Below, one piece after another: positions 53,148-64,000 of a stretch of 64,000 bases of DNA. Location of the stretch: NCBI RefSeq assembly GCF_006345805.1, contig NC_043001.1, positions 90,024,001 through 90,088,000 on the forward strand, given 5' to 3'. Origin of the DNA: Octopus sinensis. Taxonomy: Eukaryota. Position 1 is the first letter of the stretch; each line of letters starts with the position of its first letter. The notes under the pieces were generated by a model. It saw only the letters and a program-made list of their open reading frames with translations. It had not been told where the DNA came from and made no database searches. The position numbers and the translations under genes are program-made.

Positions 53148-54902
53148 GTCATAGTGTCAAGCCACGAGCACATCGAGCGGGTCGGCGAGACACTGAAAGA
53201 CTACGAAGCGGTGACAGGAGCAAAAATCAACCGGGAAAAGTCAGTGGGCTTGCGGCTCGGCACCTGGAGAAGCAAGCCCATGCTGTCCATCAGTACCTCC
53301 GTCGTGGGACGCTGGACAGACGGCCCGGTTGAGTTGCTCGGGGTCTGGTTCGGTCCGGACCTCCAAATGGAGAAGAACTGGAACGAGATAACGAGTAGGG
53401 TGGTCACTCTCGCCCAGCAATGGGCCGAGAGGAAACTGTCCCTAAAAGGTCGGGCGGAGGTGGCGAACACGTACATCGCGTCCATCATCTACTACCGCCT
53501 GACCGTCGTACCTTGTCCCGACCCTACCATCACCAAACTAGAACGCATTCTCTTCCGCTTCTTGTGGAAAGGATATGTCCCGATGGTCAGGCGATCCATT
53601 TGCTGTCAACACCCGTTAAAAGGAGGACTGGGCATGCCGTGGTTGATGATGCGCAGACACGCGCTGAGACTGCGACATCTCCGGCTCTATGTAGACGACG
53701 GTGAACAGGTGTGGTCGCCGTTTGTGAGGCACGCATTCCCGCAACTCGTCTCCATGACCGAACTGCAGTCGTGGATCAAAAAGAGGCCGAGGAAGGGCGA
53801 ATGGCACCGCGAGTGTCGCGTTGCTCTCAAGCAACTCTGCCGTCCCGGGTCGACCTTGAGTGACTTCAACACAACCAAAGCATTCTATAGGGGATTAGTG
53901 GAGGGGAGGTACGACGACGATCTCGGGGCAAACCTGGGCGTCGACGAGGAATACCTGACCCGCCTGTTTCAAACGACTTTCGGCCCGGGACCTATGGACA
54001 ACTTCCAGAGATCCCTGGCCTGGCGGTGCTACCGAGAAGCGCTACCCGTTCGGGATAAGCTCTATAGGCATGGCTCAAGAAACACGGGGCCGACCTGCCC
54101 GAGATGCGGGCAGAGCGACGAAACCGCACTGCACGCAATCGTGCAGTGTCCAGCAATTTCCGACCTGTGGGCTTATGTCGAACGACTGCTGTCACGTGTG
54201 GGACGTGTCGGTTTATCAGCCGAGTCTATCGTTAATATCGTCACGCCTCCTTCCTTCAAACGGGAAGGAAGAGCTATTTTTATCCTACTTGTGGCTATGG
54301 CGAAAGAATGTATCTGGTGGACGCGCCTGAAAGGATTAGAGACAAACACTTTCCTCTCTGGTCAATCTCTCATCAACTTCTTCAAGTATCACTTGAAGAG
54401 GAAAGTGAGAGTAGAGAGGCAAGTTTTGTCTAGTGAATGTTTTAAAAAAAGATGGGTGAATGTAGCAAGGATGGCACGTATGAATGACGAAGCCACCCTG
54501 ACTATGATTCTATGAACCGTAAAAATTAATACAGAGAGTTGCTTATTTGCAAAAAAAAAAAAAAGAAATATAACATGTGACTTCATTGACCGAGGTTACC
54601 GTGGTCTTTTCCGTAGGCTTTTCTTTCCACGGGTAAACCTCACCTGTCCTCCCCTTTACACTTCATATTGACATTTCTGTGATTACGATCCCTATTGATC
54701 AACTTTTTTTTTTCCTCTCTCCTTTTCTTTTTTTTCCCCTCTCCCCCCCCTTTTTTTAAATCCTCCCATTTTTTGTCCTCTTTCTTTCCTTTTACGATCC
54801 CTTTTGATCGAAAACCAACCCCCTCTTTTTTGCCCCAAAAGAAAAGCTCTACCTTGTAATTTGTTCTGTCTGTGTGCAGCCCTGTGTGGCTAATAAAGAA
54901 AC
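53148..54902 (+). mobile_element. 5'-truncated Tx1/L1-clade LINE, young copy
   Basis: GC-rich intact frame; 3' UTR with pyrimidine runs; AATAAA at 54892-97; ends in (TCTA)n. Confidence 0.92.
53154..54515 (+). CDS. Tx1/L1 ORF2 C-terminal part (RT domains after YADD, thumb, CCHC zinc knuckle); no true start codon
   Basis: GAKINREKS, LGVWFG, WAERKLSLKGRAEVANTYIAS, FRFLWKG, GGLGMP and CPRCGQSDETALHAIVQC are all L1/Tx1 ORF2 hallmarks; 453 codons uninterrupted. Confidence 0.92.
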   Translation: MSSHEHIERVGETLKDYEAVTGAKINREKSVGLRLGTWRSKPMLSISTSVVGRWTDGPVELLGVWFGPDLQMEKNWNEITSRVVTLAQQWAERKLSLKGRAEVANTYIASIIYYRLTVVPCPDPTITKLERILFRFLWKGYVPMVRRSICCQHPLKGGLGMPWLMMRRHALRLRHLRLYVDDGEQVWSPFVRHAFPQLVSMTELQSWIKKRPRKGEWHRECRVALKQLCRPGSTLSDFNTTKAFYRGLVEGRYDDDLGANLGVDEEYLTRLFQTTFGPGPMDNFQRSLAWRCYREALPVRDKLYRHGSRNTGPTCPRCGQSDETALHAIVQCPAISDLWAYVERLLSRVGRVGLSAESIVNIVTPPSFKREGRAIFILLVAMAKECIWWTRLKGLETNTFLSGQSLINFFKYHLKRKVRVERQVLSSECFKKRWVNVARMARMNDEATLTMIL

Positions 54903-54910
54903 ATATCTAT

Positions 54911-54952
<42 letters not shown>

Positions 54953-55330
54953 ATCTATCTATCTATCTATCTATCTATCTGTCTGTCTGTCTGTCTGTCT
55001 GTCTATCCGTATACACACACACACATCAGAGAAATAAGTGAGTTTATTTGTATTTTAAGAAATCATCGACCTGCTAAGAATTCAATGATTCCCGCAGCTG
55101 CAGAAATGATATTCAGCCATCATCTGAAATTTTCTTTCACAAACAATAGCTTCGTACGTCAGAGCAAACTATTCCATGTTTAAATAACTTGATACATTTT
55201 CTTTTTACTTTTTTTTTATTAGAGACCTATCAATCAATTTATATAGTTTGTGTAATATGAGCAATTGTACACATACATACACATATGTATGTGCTATGTG
55301 CATGCATATGTGCATGTATATCTGTGTGTG

Positions 55331-55361
<31 letters not shown>

Positions 55362-55434
55362 GTAATAAAATATATGCATATATATAAACATATATGTACG
55401 TACCTACCTCTACATGTACATATACACGCATATA

Positions 55435-55810
55435 TGTGTACAGGACACCAAAAAGACGTCGAACACATAGAGAGACGAAAAACATAGACACAAACCAAGG
55501 AACAAGACAGGCAAAAAAAAAAAAAAGGAGATACAGGACAATAAGCACAACGAAAAAACCCCCTTCTTCAGTCGCTAAAGTTTCATCTACTAAACGTTTC
55601 GAAGGATAAAAGCGAGACGTATACTTCGAATGAAAAATTCCTTCCTGCGAAAAGCAAATCAATTAAAATTCTGAGATCTTGTCGCAGAGGGGTAAAAAAA
55701 AGCAAGACGGTAACGACAGTACAAACATATAAACAGTAAAAAATATATATATATAAACAGTGGAAAAATAAATATATAACAGTGAGAGACAGGACAAGGA
55801 GAACAAGATA
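55435..55810 (-). mobile_element. Penelope-terminal-like element, P1 relative
   Basis: Shares GTACAGGACACCA, CCCTTC.TCAG...GTTTCGAAGG and GCAGA.GGGTAAAAAAA blocks with 1330-1620. Confidence 0.5.
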
Positions 55811-56167
55811 ATATATATATATATATATATATGCATGTATATGTATATATATTTATAAAAACACACACACACATATAGTATGTACATGTATATAAGTATA
55901 TGTATGTATGCGTGGGATATATATTCATATGTTTTTATATAGGGTATTGAAACTGAATTTATATTTAGTGACTTGAGTTTCATGTCACTGCAATCTCCAG
56001 GTGATGCATATGTACAGACAAATGAACATATATTTAGACATACATATATATGTGCGTGTTTGTGAGTGTGTTTGTGTGTGTGTTTGTAGGTGTGTGTGTT
56101 TCTCGATGTGTATATACATATGTATATGCATGTAAGCATGTATGTATATATATATCTATATATATAG

Positions 56168-56232
<65 letters not shown>

Positions 56233-56519
56233 CGTAGGAGTGGCTGTGTGGTCAGTAGCTTGCTTACGAACCACATGCTTCCGGGTTCAGTCCCACTGCG
56301 TGGAACTTTGGGCAAGTGTCTCCTACTATAGCATCGGGCCGACCAAAGCCCGTCGTATATATATATGACTGAAACAAGTAAAAGAGTAATATATATTTAT
56401 ACACACACACGGACATACATATGTATGCACATATAGATATAGATATAGATATATAAACATATATACATACACACACATACATATGTGTGTAATTATGCTA
56501 TATCCTCTTCATCATCTGA

Positions 56520-58205
56520 TATCAGTTTTCCATGTTGGTTGAAATGAAATTCGAATTTCATCTCAAGATGAAAAAGAAACAAATGCTTCTTTGGTCTTAG
56601 TATATTTGATACAATAAGATAATATTTCCCTTCATTATTGGTAACATAATCTTATTTATTTTGCAAATTGTTGGACACCTCGGGCATAAAAGTTTTCAGG
56701 TGTCGAAGCAAAGAAATATTCAATATCATTTTTAACTTCTTCACAATTTACAAACTATTTCCCCTCTAAATAGTGTTGCGATGATGCGAAAAGATGATAG
56801 ATAGAGCAAGGGAGGAGTAAGAAGAATGAGGCAAAACATTCACGTTTAGTGCTATAATTTTTTTTTTCTGAGAGAATAGGGCAATATGTGGTCTTGCATT
56901 ATCGTCTAAGAGCATCATTCCTTTACGATTGACCAATGATAATCTTTTATTCTTTACTCTTTCATTTGTCTCAGTCAGTTGACTGTGGCCATGCTGGAGC
57001 ACCGCCTTAAGTCGAGTAAATCGACCCCAGGACATATTCTTTGTAAGCCTAATACTTATTCTATTTCTCTCACTTGCTGAACCGCTAAGTTACGGGGACG
57101 TAAACACACCAGCATCGGTTGTCAAGTGATGTTGGGGGGACAAACACAGACACACAAACGTATACACACACATATATGTATTTACATATATACGACGGGC
57201 TTCTTTCAGTTTCCGTCTACCGAATCCACTCACAAGGCTTTGGTCGGCCCGAGGCTATAGTAGAAGACACTTGCCCAAGGTGCCAAGCAGTGATACTGAA
57301 CCCGGAACCATGTGGTTCGTAAGCAAGCTACTTACCACACAGCCGCTCACACGCCTATGATGACAGTTTTTCTGAATACTTTTGCGCAATGCTTTCAGGT
57401 GGCGACTATAATTGTCCGCTTTAGCTGTTTTGATCTAATAATTCTTGATAGATGATACTCTTCATGTCTTACAAAACACAGAGCAAAGCGTTTTTCGGGT
57501 TTGGTTTTTGTGGATGGATTTTTCTTTTTCATTAGGTGCTAACTGTTGTCGTTTACATTGGTTGTATTTATAGAGAACCCACTTTTCATCAGTTGTGACA
57601 ATTCTACCCAGCAAGTTTAATTTTCAATGACGAACACAGGGCACCTCTTTGATTAAACTGAAAAGTAGTCTCATAATGAGGGTCCACTGACAAAATTTAG
57701 ACTCTTTTCTTAGTTCATGAAAGCGCTTTATGATTGAAGTATGACTTGAATTGAGCTGTTTCTCTAATTATCGCGTGCAGTTTGCTTCGGATTTTTCTCA
57801 AATACGCATTTCAAAAGCCGAATGTTAACAGAACTTGGTCATCCAGATGGAAGGAAATCTGTGAGAGAAAACTTTCCGGAGCAAAACTGGCCTAATAATC
57901 GTTGTAATGTGCAGACATTTGGAATTCCATTTCCATGGATTTCCATGAATAGAAAAAATATTTCTTGCTGATTCTATGGCTGAAAATCCCCTTTTGAATT
58001 CATACAATATGTAATGTCCGATATGGGTCGCAGTCTAAACTAATTTTCAAAGAGTAAAATCGATGCGATTTAGCCACTCTGGTATAAAGTAATCTACAAA
58101 GACAGAAAAACAAAAACAAAACAAATGTAAATATTATTAGTTATTTTACTGAAAGTAATCTCAAAGTGATTATGCTAGAAATCTCACGGGGCTCTTCAAC
58201 ATAAT
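56520..58205 (-). pseudogene. Decayed mariner (DD34D) element split by a SINE
   Basis: Minus strand: YEFKRGFSAIESARNI (HTH), RIVTTDEKWVLY, LVNRKGMMLLDDNARPH and LPHSSYS (HPPYSPD-like). Frameshifts and stops; termini uncertain. Confidence 0.85.
56945..57357 (-). mobile_element. SINE family A, full length, nested in the mariner
   Basis: Complete consensus; mariner coding sequence continues on both sides. Confidence 0.9.
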
Positions 58206-58364
58206 GCATACATACATTCATACATACATACATACATGAATACATACATATACACGTATGTATGTATGTACGTATGTATGTATATATGCATGTATGTAAT
58301 GCATGTATGTAAGTGTGTATGTACATGCATATATATGCATGTATGTATGTATATAAGTATATAT

Positions 58365-58435
<71 letters not shown>

Positions 58436-58482
58436 ATATATGTATGTATATATATGTACACAAGTAAATATATATACATACA

Positions 58483-58521
<39 letters not shown>

Positions 58522-59139
58522 TATATATATAAATGCATATATGCTATACATATGTATATCCGCTTCAACTTGCCCGCTTCAATATATATACATACATACA
58601 TACATACATACATACATACATACATAAATAAATATATACATACATACATACATAAATACATGCATACATACATAAATACATACATACATGCATACATACA
58701 TTACATGCATACATGCATATATATATGTATATATAAACACACAGACGTGCGCGCACACTCACATTCACATACACACGCAAACACTCCCTGACATATATGC
58801 ATTTCTATATGAATGTATATTTTACCTTTTTTGTCTTAAGACTGATATCTTTAAGTCTTCTTGCTTTTAATGATGTATGCAGCTGCCACTGTGTTTCTTT
58901 TAACATCTGTCATAATAAATTATTTATTGTCTTCCTTTCGTATATTCATGCTTATTACATTTATGACACATTTATGGACCTCCACCCACATATATGTACA
59001 AACATTCGCTTGTAGGTTTTTACACGCCATGCATCTTGTATTAGTTTACAGAGCTACCTCTACATTCTACAGTTTGGTACTGAGCCAGTGTTGGAGCTCT
59101 TTATGTGGTTCTGCATCAACAAGTTACATTTCGCACCCA

Positions 59140-59235
<96 letters not shown>

Positions 59236-59329
59236 TTATCTATGCACATGCACACACAGACACACACAGACATACTCACGCACAAACACAAACACAGACA
59301 CACAGACCCACAGATACAAACACACACAC

Positions 59330-59470
59330 CAGAGTAAGCATATAAATGCGAAACAAGGAGGAAAAAATAATACTCGAATACCAGAGGTAGAGTATTGTGC
59401 TTTATTAAAAAGCAGCAAAAACATCACAAAAACTGTTACTCACAGATTCACGTTCCCGTTCGTCGGACAA
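59330..59470 (-). mobile_element. Penelope-terminal-like element P3 with a degenerate hammerhead at about 59430-59470
   Basis: Minus strand TTGT-CCGACGA-ACG-GGAA-CGT-GAAT-CTGTGAGT-A-ACAG. A decayed relative lies at about 45580-45670. Confidence 0.45.
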
Positions 59471-60429
59471 GTTTGTTTGTATATGTATGTAGCTATGTCA
59501 AGACAAGTAACATAAAGAACCACCGTTCATCAGTTGTCGACTGTTTTATCTACTCCACATTTCGAGCAATTACGACAAGATGTGCTTTCGAGGAAACACG
59601 CGCTCACATATGCACTCGTATTTATACCTACATCCATACACAGTGTTTACTTTTTATTTCTTTAAAGACCAAAAGAAACCACAAATTATGCCAAAGATTT
59701 AACGCTGATAAGCAGAGTGGCTATATGATATAGATATACTATTATAATAAACTCGTTGTAACACACACACATGTGTGCGCGCATAAATGTACAAATAAAC
59801 AAGCATACGCACACTCACTTATCACAATATACGCAGAAGTATATACACTTCTTTATCTTGTTCATACGAGAATTGAAAAACAGAACAAGCATAGTGCATA
59901 CACAAGCAACTGGCTTATTATAAACTTCGCAAAATCGTATTGTGGTAATAAAAACCGCGTAAGTTTTGCACAACTGAAACATGTGAGACTCTTCCTGTAT
60001 ACAATACATTTATTATTAAACAAATATGCTTAGCACATCGGCACATAATCTATAAAACATAAATACTGCACTCCTACAACGTATCGAAATCAATAACATT
60101 TTATTAATTTTATCTCATTCGAAAATCAAGGAGGATTACGATACATTCTGTAAAATATCCATATCATTAAAAGACCGTGGTGATAATGTCCGTTGTTTGA
60201 CGATAAGGTCTCAGTTGTTCAACCAACTGAATTATTTGATACTGAATTACCTTGTATGTGACTAAGTATTGCGCAGGCTCGTCTACTCTTAACGTAAATT
60301 GCAACCTGAATCTCTGTGACACAGTGTGTGAGACAAGGCTGCACTATGCGGCCATACTGGGGGGTATATGCCGAACCGCCAAGTTACGGTGAGGTAAAAA
60401 AAAACAACAATGGTTGTCAAGAAAACAAA

Positions 60430-60729
60430 CAAATAATTACCGAGATGTACTTGCATAGCAAGTGACTTGATCTGAGCTCGTGTGCTGGAACGAAAACAAT
60501 TGCAGCGTGGAAGGTGTTTATAAGCTATTTAAGAAACACACACAAACCGTTAGATTCACTTCAACATTTAGATTTAATTTGTCAAAATGCAGCACGAAGT
60601 TTTGTCAGTGAACAGTTCGCGGTCTCCAAGCGACGAAAATATTTTGACAAATTCAATTTAAATGTTGAAGTGAATCTAACGGTTTTTGTGTGTTTCTTAA
60701 ATGGCTTATAAACACCTTCCACGCTGCAA
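60430..60729. mobile_element. MITE/foldback with about 89-bp inverted arms (60500-60588 / 60641-60729)
   Basis: Arms differ at four positions. Confidence 0.85.
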
Positions 60730-61299
60730 ACAAATAATCTATCTTATAAACAAGCCATGACAATGAATTGGCAAAATTAATTTTAATTAACCAGTCAATT
60801 AATTTTTGACCACATGAAATGTTCCTCTTTTATTTAATTATTTATTTATTTGTCTCCTGTTACGTAAACGATTAAAAACCTTCCTATTTTTACAATCTGA
60901 AAGTTTCGTTAGTGTTCGGTTTGATGTACTGGAAACTACACATGGGAAACTTCGGTTGTATTTGTTCACTGTGTGAGAGTCTCCCATGAAAGTGAGTAAA
61001 ATGTATGTACATATGTAGCAATTAGCCTTCAACATACACACACACACACACACACACATGCCCCACCCCCATTTATATATGCGGATGCGCACACACGCAA
61101 ACTGCTAGCCTAATTCATGACTGTCTTATTTAGTAGCTCATCTGAGCTGCTGATTGAGAAAAGTAGGATATATCTCTGAGGAGCGGTCAAATATATGAGA
61201 CCGTCCTTGAGGAAAATTCTTCACTCTTTAACACCCACACATCAATAGCAAGAAAGAATGCTGCCCTAACCACTGAATCATTGCGCCTCCATATACACA

Positions 61300-61511
61300 T
61301 TAGCGAATTACTAAGTCATCCAATAATTAGAATGACGAAAAAAACGCATACTAATAGCGAGGCAGGTCCGAAAAAAAACCAACAATCGAGCGGGCTTCAC
61401 TGATGAGACAACGGAAATGGCCGAAACTGACGTCAGTATTAAGAATTTTTCGATCGGCATTTTTCGAACAATTACGCGGTCCCTGTTAGTGTATGCTTTC
61501 ATTCATGTGCG

Positions 61512-61520
<9 letters not shown>
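61300..61520 (+). mobile_element. Second copy of the hammerhead-bearing core of the 5953-6299 element, without outer arms
   Basis: Colinear with the reverse complement of about 6025-6240, for example ACAATTA..GGTCCCTGTTAGTGTAT and CGAGC.GGCTT.ACTGATGA. Confidence 0.75.
61395..61443 (+). ncRNA. Hammerhead ribozyme motif, type I
   Basis: CTTCA-CTGATGA-GACAACGGAAATGGCC-GAA-ACTGACGTCAGT-A-TTAAG. Intact core, perfect 12-nt palindromic stem III, GUA triplet; stems I and II carry mismatches. Confidence 0.65.
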
Positions 61521-61550
<30 letters not shown>

Positions 61551-61882
61551 ACACATATATATATAATCGGCAATTTATAAAGCAATTTTGATATCCACCT
61601 TAACGCGGACGTCCTGTTTGAACACCGAAACTGTTACATTCGCTTTGAGAGCCCTTCTCATACAGGTATATGGTCACCGGTCTCTGCTTCTGAAGAAGTG
61701 CGGTATATTGGAATCACGTGACCTGGCAGTTACGGCGTCCCTACCTGACAATTCTCGGCTGCTACGATATATATCTGTGCTTTGATGCAGTATGCACCTA
61801 GTTAAGAGGAACTCATATGTATATATGATTATATATATATATATATATATATATAGATATATATATATATATATATATATAT

Positions 61883-61939
<57 letters not shown>

Positions 61940-61946
<7 letters not shown>

Positions 61947-62090
61947 AAACTGAAATGCGTTTTTACCGCTTGGATCGCTTTCAATGCCACTACATCCCGT
62001 CCGATTCGCTCCAAAATTTACAGGGACATGTAGAATGAGGTGACGATGCCCGTGGGCTACCTTAGAAATCCATATCTTGAAAGGTGTGGT
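61940..62090 (+). mobile_element. Helitron 5' fragment
   Basis: TATATAAAACTGAA start as at 23681, and a CCGATTCGCTCCAAAATTT motif; no 3' end found. Confidence 0.5.
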
Positions 62091-62655
62091 TGCTAGGGGC
62101 CATCTTCCTCACTCACGCTATTTCCTCCTTTCCCTCTCTTACTCCCCTTCATTTATAACTTTGAGATATCCACTCCCGTTATTTAATGTATTCCCCTCAA
62201 CTCCCTTTCACTTTCCCTTTATAAGTTCGTCAGACGGCTTTCTTTGCTGTATCTGTCTGCATTCATAGGGAGAATTATCATCGCTACCAACAACACGCAA
62301 TCATGAGAACAAATATTATGAATCAGATATTCATTGCGTTCATTTATATATGTGTGTTCGCTATATAAATATATATATATAATGTATATATACAAAGTGT
62401 ATATATCTGTATTTATGTATATTAAACTTTTTAATACTTTTTGATAGTTATATATATATTTAAACAAATTATAAATATAATTTAATAATTTTTATTTTAA
62501 ATTTAAATAATTAAAATTTTTCAATTTTATATATTTTCTATATTATATTTTTATTTTTATGTTTTTGTTTTTGTTTTTTTGCCTATTAGTGGTTTTATCT
62601 CTAATTTAATTTATACATATGTATATATATATATAATTTGTATATATAATGCGTG

Positions 62656-62703
<48 letters not shown>

Positions 62704-62754
62704 GTGTGCATTATGTGGTCGGTCGGTTCAGCTGAAAATATGCACACCTATGAA

Positions 62755-63843
62755 CCCTTTCGTTACTATATTTCTGACCAAAATACACCCCTTATGTGTT
62801 TCAATTAATTTCTAACATAATCATAAAGTTAGTCTGGTTTCATTAAACAACTATAACTTTTTTATTTATCAATATATTAATGTGATTTTTGGAAGATAGT
62901 TGAATGAAATGTTCTCAACCAATTCTATACTATAATTTTTGTCACAAAGTGACTCTAATTGCAGGTAGATACAGGTAAATTCAACAAAATATAAAATTAT
63001 TAAAATTTTGTTCAAACATCGCTATAGAAAATGGGTTATTAGCTAATATTCAATTGGGTATACAACAAAATTTTGCGATTGAATTTGTTATTCTGGGTAA
63101 CTTTCTGATACCCATAATAATATTTATGGCAAAATAGTCTTAATTTCATTTAAGGTTGTGGAAAACCACTAACTATCCTTTCTTTCGCTTTGTTTACATT
63201 TAGCGTAACGGTTCGTTTCCGCCGTAATGATTTCAAATAGGCTCATTCGAAAAAGTAAAAAGAAATAGTCTAAGGCTTTATTCTCCGGGGAAAGTCTGTG
63301 GCTTGGTCCAGTTTCTTCAGAAAAATCACCGAAAGAAACAGTTTTTCAATTTTCACTCCATTCAGGTGTCAATTCATTTTCTTTATCGCTGTCGGAGCTC
63401 TCGGATTCACTGTTTTCACTTTCAGAAAATGAAACATCAGATTCATTATCAAATACCACGTGCTTTTTTTTTTTTCAGTCATAGAGTTAGATTTATCAAG
63501 GTCTTCAGTAAAAAATCCTTCGAATTCTGACTCGCTGCTTGATATGATGAAATTCGTATCCATTTTTTGTCAGAATTACAAAGTTTGAAAACACAATAGG
63601 AACAAATTTTGGAAAAAAATCTCCCAAAATTCACGGAATTAAAATTACACTTCGATTGTTGTACAAAACTGTAGATGAACTGTTTACGAAGTATAATCAC
63701 GTGTTTTCACGAATGTAATAAAGAGATTTGCTCTGATATTCTCATTTAAATATGAATAGGTAAATACGGGCGGGTTTGGGCGGTTTGGTCACATTAACAA
63801 AAATTTTTTTCGGGCGGCTTTGGGCGGTTTGGTAACGAAAGGG
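62755..63843 (-). mobile_element. piggyBac internal-deletion derivative
   Basis: TIRs CCCTTTCGTTAC (62755-66) and GTAACGAAAGGG (63832-43); TTAA at the right and TGAA at the left; two GC-rich subterminal repeats near 63766-63833. Confidence 0.9.
63080..63563 (-). pseudogene. piggyBac transposase N-terminal remnant
   Basis: MDTNFIISSSESEFEGF, then a frameshift in a poly-A run, an acidic tract, ALDYFFLLF...FEIITAETNRYAK and IIMGIRKLPRITN; stops and frameshifts are present. Confidence 0.88.
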
Positions 63844-64000
63844 TTAAAAGTGCTGCAAGTTTGCATGACAACTATTTTTTCCTCAAATGAAAGGCGTCAC
63901 CTCTAGGACAAAATTCCTCATCTTATAAAATGTGGCCCCAGTAGACCCGAATGAAATCGGGTTATATTAACTAAAAGGTGAAAAGGGGTATAAATGGGGC

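Noticed and set aside
59871-60991. Candidate exons near 59871-59958 (+) and 60838-60970 (-)
   Set aside because: Marginal splice signals, mutually inconsistent strands and no recognisable protein.

Overview
This is AT-rich, microsatellite-saturated animal DNA. Its repeat families look like those I associate with Octopus (coleoid cephalopod) assemblies; that is an inference from recollection, not a database result. I could not establish a host gene; the best candidate is one weak 93-nt exon. Almost all ORFs in the supplied track are microsatellite or SINE noise. The window holds four or five tRNA-headed SINE families, an RTE-type non-autonomous family with (GAT)n tails, non-autonomous Helitrons, a pogo/Tigger-type MITE, and decayed mariner (DD34D), rosa-like (DD41D) and piggyBac elements. 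It also holds a Gypsy integrase remnant, two R4/Dong-type LINE 3' ends in (TAA)n, a Penelope RT plus GIY-YIG remnant, and a young 5'-truncated Tx1/L1 copy with an intact 453-codon ORF. The most unusual signal is a set of short non-coding elements, mostly embedded in (TA)n, that carry hammerhead-ribozyme-shaped motifs (stem I - CUGANGA - stem II - GAAA - stem III - NUH - stem I). Several of these sit in the loops of long foldback inverted repeats, suggesting a Penelope-dependent, retrozyme-like foldback element system. Several foldbacks also show a strand-biased excess of G.U-compatible arm differences. All alignments and counts were done by eye, and interspersed-repeat boundaries are approximate (about +/-20 nt).
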